A program made the translations under genes and the position numbers. Source: Ostreococcus tauri (taxonomy: Eukaryota). From it: a DNA stretch of 26,813 bases. The notes under the pieces were generated by a model. The model was not told the origin of the DNA. It saw only the letters and a list, made by a program, of their open reading frames with translations, and searched no databases. The stretch covers positions 49,312-76,124 of the forward strand of contig CAID01000017.2 of the NCBI GenBank assembly GCA_000214015.2. Reading direction: 5' to 3'. Positions 1-7,136 of the stretch are shown piece by piece; within the stretch, counting starts at the first letter, position 1, and each line of letters opens with the position of its first letter.

Positions 1-1
1 G

Positions 2-486
2 CTGGAGACGGCGCTCGCGGAGGCGGCGGCGTCGAGAGAACGCGCGCTGGAGACGACGTCGGTGGAGCGCGGCGAACGCGAACGCGCGGAGAAAGAGTTG
101 GCGTACGTCCGGGACGCGCTCGAGCGCGCGGTGGGGGAGAAGGAGGCGGCGATTCGGGAGGTCCACGCGCGGCGCGTCGCGGCGGAGACGCGAGAGAAGG
201 CGCTGGGGCGGGAATTGAAACGCCTCGAGCGGGACTGCGCGCGATGGGCGACGCGGGCGCGGGAGCTCGAGCGAACGAGCGCGCGCGATGACGACGATCG
301 AGCGCTCGAGGATGAGGTGCGACGTCTCGAGCGCGAGTGCGCGCGGTGTCGAGCGGCGACGCGACGGGCCGAGGCGGAACGCGACGCCGCGACGCGCGCG
401 CTCGATGACGCCGAGCGACGACTCGCGCGCGGGCGTCGTCGTCCAACGCGGGACGACGACGAGGATGATGAGGATGCGGATGAGGA

Positions 487-525
<39 letters not shown>

Positions 526-682
526 ACGCACGTCGAGCGCGCTCGCGGAGGCATCCGTGGATGATTTCTTCGCCGAGGACGACGCCGAGGACGCGCGCAT
601 CGACGCCGACCGCGCGCGCGCGCGCGCGCTCGCCCGCAGACTCGAGCGCGTGCGCACGCGCGCCGTCGCCTTGTTCTCCTAG
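2..682 (+). CDS. 3' part of a coiled-coil protein with an acidic poly-Asp tail (5' end lies upstream of the window)
   Basis: The frame is open from base 2 (LETALAEAAASRERALETTS...) to TAG at 680-682. The listed ORF start at 62 is GTG, so the CDS enters from upstream. The sequence is E/R/A-rich and heptad-like, followed by a D13 run. No catalytic motif recognised. Confidence 0.6.
488..523. repeat. (GAC)12 microsatellite encoding poly-Asp
   Basis: Twelve uninterrupted GAC units, read directly. In frame they encode the D-run of the first CDS. Confidence 0.95.
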
Positions 683-729
683 ACCCGAATCTCGCGTCGA
701 CGTCGTCGAGCGAATGCGTGATTGACCGA

Positions 730-1740
730 ATGCGATTGATGCATCATCATTCACTGCGTTCGCATCACTTCCCGACGCCGATGCCCCGGGCGCGGGCGTC
801 GGCACCCGCCCCACCCCCGCCCACGTTCGATGTCGTCCACGGCGAGGAGTCCCCGGAGGCGATGCGCGCGCGACACGCCCGCGAACTCGCCGCGATCGAA
901 ACATTTGTGAAGACATTCGGTCGAGGCAAAGGCGCGCGCGACCGCGCGTTGCGCGCCGTCGGCGCGGTGACGGATCGACACCTGGACGAGATGCGGGCGT
1001 TTGAGCTCGCGCGCGCGGACGCGGGTGACGACGAGGACGAGGACGACGAGGACGCGGCGGACGGGACGGCGGACGGAGACGCGGACGCGGCGGCGACGCG
1101 ATTGGCGACGCTGGACGTGGACGCGACGCGCGAGGACGAAAGCGGTGATGCGATGGGTGAAAAGAAGATGACCAAGGCGGCGCGGCGACGGATGAAGCGC
1201 GAGGCGGAGGAACGCGAGCGTGAACGGAGAATTGAGGCGGAGAAGGCGGCGCTGGGACCGAGCGCGGAGACGTCGGAGCGCGAGACGTTGCGACGCAAGC
1301 TCCAACCGCTCGGGCTCGCGGTGAAGGAGATTCGAGCGGATGGACACTGTTTGTATCGCGCGATCGACGATCAGTTGACGATGGTTCGAGGACGCGGACA
1401 CGAGGGCGGATACACGGGTTTGCGAGAGACGTGCGCGCGGACGATGCGCGAGGACGAGGACGCGTTCAGACCCTTCGCCGAGGACGGGTGCGGGGAGGAT
1501 GACGACAAGTGGAACGATTACGTGCGCGCCGTCGAGAGCACGGCGACGTGGGGGGGGCAGTTGGAGCTCATGGCTCTGTCCAAGGCGCTGGAGCGACGGA
1601 TATCGGTGTACAGCGCGACGATGCCGACGGTCGTCATGGGCGAGGAGTTCGCGCCGGAGGGCGAGCTCAGGGTGGCGTATCATCGACACGCGTTCGGTCT
1701 GGGCGAACACTACAACTCCGTCGAGGCGGCGGGACGGTGA
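730..1740 (+). CDS. OTU-family cysteine deubiquitinase, OTUD6B-like
   Basis: Position 718 is GTG. The first in-frame ATG is at 730, with alternatives at 739 and 781. The Cys box is DGHCLYRAIDDQL (Cys codon 1348-1350), with TWGGQLELMALS and the His box HAFGLGEHYNSV. A K/R/E-rich coiled coil (KAARRRMKREAEERERERRIEAEK) precedes them, as in OTUD6B. TGA at 1738-1740. Confidence 0.88.
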   Translation: MRLMHHHSLRSHHFPTPMPRARASAPAPPPPTFDVVHGEESPEAMRARHARELAAIETFVKTFGRGKGARDRALRAVGAVTDRHLDEMRAFELARADAGDDEDEDDEDAADGTADGDADAAATRLATLDVDATREDESGDAMGEKKMTKAARRRMKREAEERERERRIEAEKAALGPSAETSERETLRRKLQPLGLAVKEIRADGHCLYRAIDDQLTMVRGRGHEGGYTGLRETCARTMREDEDAFRPFAEDGCGEDDDKWNDYVRAVESTATWGGQLELMALSKALERRISVYSATMPTVVMGEEFAPEGELRVAYHRHAFGLGEHYNSVEAAGR

Positions 1741-1825
1741 CTATTTTATTAATATTATTTCAACGAGTGAAAGAAATGCGAGAAGAAAGAAGCGAAGAAC
1801 AACGCGGCTAGTCGGGCGATGACGC

Positions 1826-3331
1826 TCAGTTCATATCCGTCGCGTGCGCGAATAAACCGAGGAGACCGCCCAGGACGATCACGAGCGGGGCCTGGAGCAA
1901 GGTCCACCACCCCGGCGGTAACTTTACGATGTGCGCGCAAAAGGCGCAGATGAGCGCGATGGACGTCGTGGCGTTCGGGAACGGGCTCAGCGCGCGCACC
2001 TTGAACGCGATGTTAAACGCGGCGGCGACGACGAGACCCACCGCGCTCGCGTTCAACCCGGGCAACGCGCGCTTATAGACGTCCCATTTCCTAAATCGTC
2101 CCCAAAAAGGCATCACGGCGAAGATGAGAATCACCCCCGGGCCGAACAAGCCGAACCAGGCGCACGCGACGCCGACGAGGACGTTCACTCCGGCGCGTCT
2201 CGCCGCGACGGCGCCGAGATACGCGCTGAGATTAAACAACGGCCCCGGAGCCGCCTGCGCGAGCGCGAGACCGGCGAAGAATTGCTCCTCGGTGACCCAC
2301 GACGTGGCGCGCTCCGTCTTCGTCCACGCCGCGCACGCGTCGGTGACGGCGTCCCTCGCAGAGCACGTCGTGTCGTATTGCACCACGTCGTTGAGCAGGA
2401 GCGGCAACACCACCTGTCCACCGCCAAAGATGATCGATCCGGTGCGATAAAACGCCTCGAACCAGTGTAACTCTTTATTCGTCTCGTACGTCGTGTTCGA
2501 CACGTACACGCCGAGTCCGACGAGCGCGGACGCCCAGGCGAGGATCATGAACCCACCCGCGAGCGGGGACAGGCCCAGGCGCGTGACCTCCTCCGCGTCA
2601 TCATCACGCGGGTCCGAAGTCGCGTCACCATCGCGCGCGTTCGTCGTCTTCGCCGCCGCCGCCGCCCGCGCGGCTTCGACGTACGTCGCCACCCCTCCGA
2701 ACGCGATCAACGACGGGAACAACCACGCCCGCGACGCGTACGTCGCGCACGCCGCCGAAAACGCACACAACAACCGCGTCGTCCGCGTCTTCCCCCCCTG
2801 ACTCCTCGCCAGGGAATCCGCGGCGCTAAAAATCAACGACGCCCCCCCCGCGGATAACCCGGCGGTGAACGCGCGGGCGACGACCCCCGGGCGCGTCAAC
2901 GCCTCCGCCGCCCCCGCGCCCGCGAGCGACATCAACACCAACCCCGGGTACTGAAACAAAATACCCGACGTTAATCCACCCAAGGTCCCGGCGCGCGCGA
3001 TGCCGATCGCGAACGACATCTGCGTCGACGTCGGTCCGGGTAAACACTGCCCGAGGGCGAGGAACTCCGCGAACGTCCCTCTGGAGAGCCATTTCATCGA
3101 CGCCTCCGCGTCCGCGTCCGCGTTCACCGCCGACGCGTCGTCGCGGACGAAGACTTTTGAGAATAACCCGACGTGCGCGGCGGGGCCGCCGAAGGCGACC
3201 CAGCCGATGAGGCTGAAGGCGCGCGCGACGACGGCGAGCGGTGAGGCCTCCGATCGCGTCGCCGCGTTCGTCTCCGCGCGCGCTCGCGATGCGCCGAGCT
3301 CCATCGCGGTCGTGGGGTCGACGGGCGGCAT
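1826..3331 (-). CDS. chrA: Chromate ion transporter (CHR family, two-domain ChrA type)
   Basis: ATG at 3331-3329 and TGA at 1828-1826, 501 aa. Two CHR half-domains carry the family glycine motifs (WVAFGGPAAHVGLF in the N half, SIIFGGGQVVLPLL in the C half). Many hydrophobic helices throughout. Confidence 0.85.
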   Translation of the reverse strand: MPPVDPTTAMELGASRARAETNAATRSEASPLAVVARAFSLIGWVAFGGPAAHVGLFSKVFVRDDASAVNADADAEASMKWLSRGTFAEFLALGQCLPGPTSTQMSFAIGIARAGTLGGLTSGILFQYPGLVLMSLAGAGAAEALTRPGVVARAFTAGLSAGGASLIFSAADSLARSQGGKTRTTRLLCAFSAACATYASRAWLFPSLIAFGGVATYVEAARAAAAAKTTNARDGDATSDPRDDDAEEVTRLGLSPLAGGFMILAWASALVGLGVYVSNTTYETNKELHWFEAFYRTGSIIFGGGQVVLPLLLNDVVQYDTTCSARDAVTDACAAWTKTERATSWVTEEQFFAGLALAQAAPGPLFNLSAYLGAVAARRAGVNVLVGVACAWFGLFGPGVILIFAVMPFWGRFRKWDVYKRALPGLNASAVGLVVAAAFNIAFKVRALSPFPNATTSIALICAFCAHIVKLPPGWWTLLQAPLVIVLGGLLGLFAHATDMN

Positions 3332-3410
3332 CGCGCGCGCGCCGGTCGCGGCGACGGCGACGCGCGCGCGTGTGCGGGGCGCGTGAAAGAATGAATGATG
3401 CGCGAATGGT

Positions 3411-3430
3411 GAATGAATGAATGAATGAAT
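3411..3430. repeat. (GAAT)5 microsatellite in the chrA / J-domain gene divergent intergenic region
   Basis: gaatgaatgaatgaatgaat read directly, with degenerate copies just upstream (3389-3410). Confidence 0.9.
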
Positions 3431-3706
3431 GCGTGCGTGGACGCGCGCGCGCGTCCATCGACGGATCCATCGACGCGCGCGCGCGAGCTGGACGTCGTCG
3501 GCGACGGCGCGCGAGGGACGGTGGACGCGCGCGGCGTCGACGCGGCGTCGACGCGGCGGACGTCGGTGATGGATGACGTGTTGCGTGGAATGGTGAGTCG
3601 TGACTCGTGACGAGGGACTCGATGCGGGAGCGTTTTTTCAAGCGTTTTATTGGGAAACGCACGCGCGCCGCACACCGCGACGCGACGCCGACGACGCGCG
3701 CGCGCG

Positions 3707-5337
3707 ATGCCGAGCGCGGCGGAGGACGATGGGGGTGATTTGTATCGAGCGCTCGGGTTGACGCGAACGGCGACGCGAACGGAGGTGGGTGAACGGGTGA
3801 ACAGTCGACGACGGTCTCGGTGGCTGTTTTATGAATCACCGCGCGGCGCGGCGCGCGCGAGGGGTGACTGACGACGACGACGGCGACGACGACGACGTAG
3901 GTTCGACGGGCGTATAGGAATTTAATCACCAAGGTACACCCGGATAAGGGTGGGGACGCGGAGGCGTTCGCGAACATTCAACGCGCGTACGACGTGCTGA
4001 GCGACGACGCCAAGCGCGAGCGCTACGACGAGACGGGTACGTTTGAAAAGACGGTCGAGGAGGAACTCCTGGATGAATTCGGTGGCGGCGTTTTCAGGGA
4101 TAAACTCAAGGAGGAGCAAGAGCGCAAGGAATCCCTCGCGGAGGCGATCGTGAAGACGGAGCGCGATAAGGGGTCGCACACGGCGGGGTTCGAGGCGTGG
4201 CTTCGAGCGCGCGGTCCCGACGCGAGCAAAACCTTGGGCGTAGACGACATGATCGATCGATTCGGCGTGAACAAGGGTTCGTACGATGAAGTTATTTTAC
4301 CGAAGATTCGAGCCTATCGCGTCGGCGCGTCCGCGCCAGGGAAGTTTGAGCTGAGCTCGGAGGCGATTCCGCCCACGCTCGAGTGGGGCGAGGTCCTCGT
4401 GAACATCCGCGTGGCGCCGATCAATCCCGCGGACGTCGACGCGAGCGCGATGGCGAAGCGCGGGAAGTTCCCGTACATCGCCGGTTCCGACGGCGTCGCC
4501 ACGGTCGTGAAAGTCGGCGCCGGGGTGAAATCTCTGAACGAAGGAGACTGGGTGTTTCCGTACGCCGGCGATCTCGGAACCTGGCGCTCGCTCGCGGTTT
4601 GGAAAGAGAAGGATCTGATCAAGATTCCCTCGGACATTCTCCCGTTCGAACACGCGGCGATGATTCGCGAGATGTGCGTCGCGTATCGCCTGCTCGAGGA
4701 TTTCGGAAGCCTCAAGCCCGGAGACGCGGTCGTTCTCAACGCGGCGACGTCCACCGTCGGCCAGTGCGTCGTGCAGCTGTGCTCGATGCTCAAGTTACGA
4801 GCGATCGCGATCGTGCGCGAACGCAAGGATTTCGAAAAGACGGAGGCTTGGTTGAAGTCGCTCGGTGCTTCCGAAGTGCTCAAGGACGAGGGATCGCTCG
4901 CGCGCGAGTTGACGTCGAGGAACTTATTCGCCAAGCCGCGCTTGGCGCTCGACGCCGTCGGCGGCGCCTCCGCGGTGCGTCTCGCCGAGTCGCTCCAAAC
5001 CGGATGCCCACTCATCGTGTACGGTAACATGAGCGGCATGGCGGCGACGTTCCCTTGGAGCGCTTGGACGCAAAACGCCCTCATCGTCCGCGGATTTTCG
5101 CTCAGACAGTGGATGAGCGATCACAAGAAGAAGGTGCCCAAGATGCTCGAGACGCTCGGCAAGCTCTCGCGCGCCGACAAGCTCGCGATTCAATACACCG
5201 ATTACGAGCTCGCATCCGAGTTCGAGGAGGCGCTCGAGCATGCGCGTGAAGATTTCAAATCCACGAAAATCTTACTTCGCGTGAACGACATCGGAACGAC
5301 GTACGACGGCGCCGGCGGCGCGGCGCCGCCCGCGTGA
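3707..5337 (+). CDS. J-domain (DnaJ) fused to an MECR/Etr1-like medium-chain enoyl reductase; 2 exons (3707-3784, 3901-5337)
   Basis: Exon 1 is MPSAAEDDGGDLYRALGLTRTATRTE, followed by donor GTGGGT at 3785. CTGAC lies at 3868-3872 and the AG acceptor at 3899-3900. Exon 2 continues VRRAYRNLITKVHPDKGGDAEAFANIQRAYDVLSDDAKRERYDETG, with HPD at 3937-3945. The splice restores a canonical J-domain in phase 0. The same uninterrupted ORF runs into an MDR reductase domain that aligns with MECR (VAPINPADV..., GDWVFPYAGDLGTWRS, IKIPSDI, CVAYRLLEDFGSLKPGDAVVLNAATSTVGQ, RLALDAVGG, VYGNMS). TGA at 5335-5337. Confidence 0.85.
3785..3900 (+). other. Spliceosomal intron (116 nt) in the J-domain gene
   Basis: GTGGGT...CTGAC(3868-3872)...TAG. 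Without splicing the frame stops at TGA 3869-3871, and the HPD half of the J-domain has no ATG of its own. Confidence 0.85.
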
Positions 5338-5646
5338 TCGACGCGAGCGCGCGCGTCGACGAGCCATCCATTGAGACGTCATCGCGGGAATCGAAAATTA
5401 CGCGAACGCGACGATGCATCAAAGGTGCGAACGATCTATGAAATAAGCATGAGCAAGTATGTTACGATTATAACATCTTCCCCTCTTGAATGAACCGAAA
5501 AAGACGTCTCTCCCACCCGCGCGCGGTCGCGACGAATGGCGCCCCGACCACCGGGTTCGCGACACTCGATGACGACGTCATTCACATCAAACGCGTGTTC
5601 GACGCAAAGTCAACCATCACCTCACCTCGCTTTACGAGCTAAACGC

Positions 5647-6487
5647 TTAGTAGAGTTCTTCCTCCATGTGCGTCTTGACGGTGCAGTCCGACGTCGGGTA
5701 GGCGACGCACGTGAGCACGAAGCCGTTGCCCATTTGGTCGTCATCCAAGAAGGATTGGTCGGACTGGTCGATGGAACCGGCCTGCGAAGACGTTAAAACG
5801 ACGTTGAAAAGTCAGTCACCGCGCGATCGACGCGCGCGCGCGCGCTCGAGACGCCCTCTTCGCGACGCGACCGTCGTCTTATCCACTGCTCGTGGTGGGC
5901 ACACATCCACGAGAAAAGACTCAAGAAGACCCCCCCCTCACGTCGACACGGCCCACACGGTCGATGACGTCGCTCGCGACGGACGCACCGTGACCTTGCC
6001 CGCGCAGGACGAGCACGCGCCCGCGCGGCACGAGTACGGCAAGTCGATGCCGGCTTCCTGTCGCACGCGAAAGCACGCGGAAATATCCGTCAGTCGCGCG
6101 TTCGCCCGGCGCGTGCCGTCGACGCATCGGCCGTCGATGGGTGATTACCGACCGACCGATCGCGATCGCGATCGCGACGCGCATCGACCATCATCCGACC
6201 CCCGCGCGCGCGCGCCGCCGCGCGCCCGCCCGCGCGACGCCGCGCGAAGACGCATAGAATTACCCCCCACCCATCCATCGTCCGCGCGCATCGAGACCTA
6301 CCTCAGCGGCGTCGAGGATGTACGTATCGTCGGCGCACTCGATCTCTTGCTTGCCCTCCGGGGTTTCGAGCGTGACCTTGTATTGCGCCTTCACCGATCG
6401 CGGCTTTTGCGCGGCGGTGCGGCGGGCGTTGATCGTCACCTTGGCGGCGGCGAACTTGGCGGAGACGGACATGTTCATGGCGGACAT
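5647..6487 (-). CDS. petF: Plant-type [2Fe-2S] ferredoxin precursor; 3 exons (6487-6302, 6057-5989, 5781-5647)
   Basis: Exon 1 is [12 protein letters not shown]...[28 protein letters not shown] with donor GTAGGT. Exon 2 is [23 protein letters not shown] with donor GTGCGT. Exon 3 is [44 protein letters not shown] followed by TAA (5649-5647). The joined 129-aa product has the complete ferredoxin Cys motif and all junctions are phase 0. Confidence 0.93.
5782..5988 (-). other. Ferredoxin intron 2 (207 nt)
   Basis: On the minus strand: GTGCGT donor (5988-5983), CTGAC branch (plus gtcag 5811-5815) and CAG acceptor (AG at 5783-5782). Confidence 0.9.
6058..6301 (-). other. Ferredoxin intron 1 (244 nt)
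   Basis: On the minus strand: GTAGGT donor (6301-6296), CTGAC branch (plus gtcag 6089-6093) and CAG acceptor (AG at 6059-6058). Confidence 0.9.
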
Positions 6488-6675
6488 CGTGCGTGAGACG
6501 GCGACGGGGCGTCGAGGAGTGCGCGCGTCGATGCGCGCGATGGGTTTTTCGAGCGACGTCTCGGGACTCGTCGTCGAGTCGTGACCCACCGATTATACCC
6601 ACACCCCAGGGTTCGCGGCACGACGACACCGTCGAAACGTGTGTGACCACTTTTCGTCGACGACGACGACATCTC
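6488..6675. promoter_or_regulatory. Inferred bidirectional promoter between ferredoxin (ATG 6487, minus) and the small TM protein gene (ATG 6676, plus)
   Basis: Only 188 bp separate the two divergent start codons. No specific motif identified; the call rests on gene arrangement alone. Confidence 0.35.
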
Positions 6676-7077
6676 ATGGCGCTTCGCGCGCGTCTCCCGC
6701 GCGCGCGCGCGTCGACGACGACGCGCGCGCGTCCGCGACGCGGGTCCACGGTCGCGCCCGTCGATCGCGCGCGCGCGCGCGCGCGGGCGAGCGAGGACGA
6801 GGACGGGGGCGCGCCGTCGTCGACGTCGACGGGTGACCCGTTCGGGTTCGGTGACGCGCGAAACCAAGGGCCGACGCCCATCGTCCCGGGGTTCGACACC
6901 GCGGAGGGTGGGAAGGTTGGGCCCGTGGGCACGGCGGTGATTTCGTTGGTGTTGTTCGTCCTGTTCGGTGGGTCGTTTTTTTTCACGAGCGTCCCGAGGG
7001 GGGCGGTGGAGGAGATGGCGCGCGCGGCGCTCGCGGACGACCCGAACGCGCCGACGAACGTCGTGTCGAGGGTGTGA
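6676..7077 (+). CDS. Small hypothetical protein: transit-peptide-like N-terminus plus one TM helix
   Basis: The ORF-track start at 6493 is GTG; the first ATG is at 6676. MALRARLPRARASTTTRARPRRGSTVAPVDRARARARA is R/A/S/T-rich. A single hydrophobic helix follows (GPVGTAVISLVLFVLFGGSFFF). TGA at 7075-7077. No family recognised. Confidence 0.45.
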   Translation: MALRARLPRARASTTTRARPRRGSTVAPVDRARARARASEDEDGGAPSSTSTGDPFGFGDARNQGPTPIVPGFDTAEGGKVGPVGTAVISLVLFVLFGGSFFFTSVPRGAVEEMARAALADDPNAPTNVVSRV

Positions 7078-7136
7078 CGGCTGGGGGTGGTGATGTAGTG
7101 TACATTTTTTAATGTGATATTTTTTGGTCGTTTGGG

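Noticed and set aside
751-1710. 319-aa minus-strand ORF (and 765-1298) antisense to the OTU gene
   Set aside because: It has Arg/Ser/Leu-rich, low-information composition typical of the antisense frame of GC-rich coding DNA. It is fully overlapped by a gene with clear OTU catalytic motifs.
2826-3977. 383-aa minus-strand ORF spanning the chrA 5' end, the intergenic region and the J-domain exon 1
   Set aside because: It is extremely Arg/Pro/Ala-rich and crosses a divergent promoter and microsatellite. It conflicts with two homology-supported genes.
5711-6496. 261-aa plus-strand ORF across the ferredoxin locus (also 6303-6986 minus, 6260-6589 minus as one unspliced ORF)
   Set aside because: It is antisense or intronic to the three-exon ferredoxin gene, with an Arg-rich composition. 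The 6260-6589 ORF starts at GTG and reads into intron 1. The spliced model gives a complete canonical ferredoxin.
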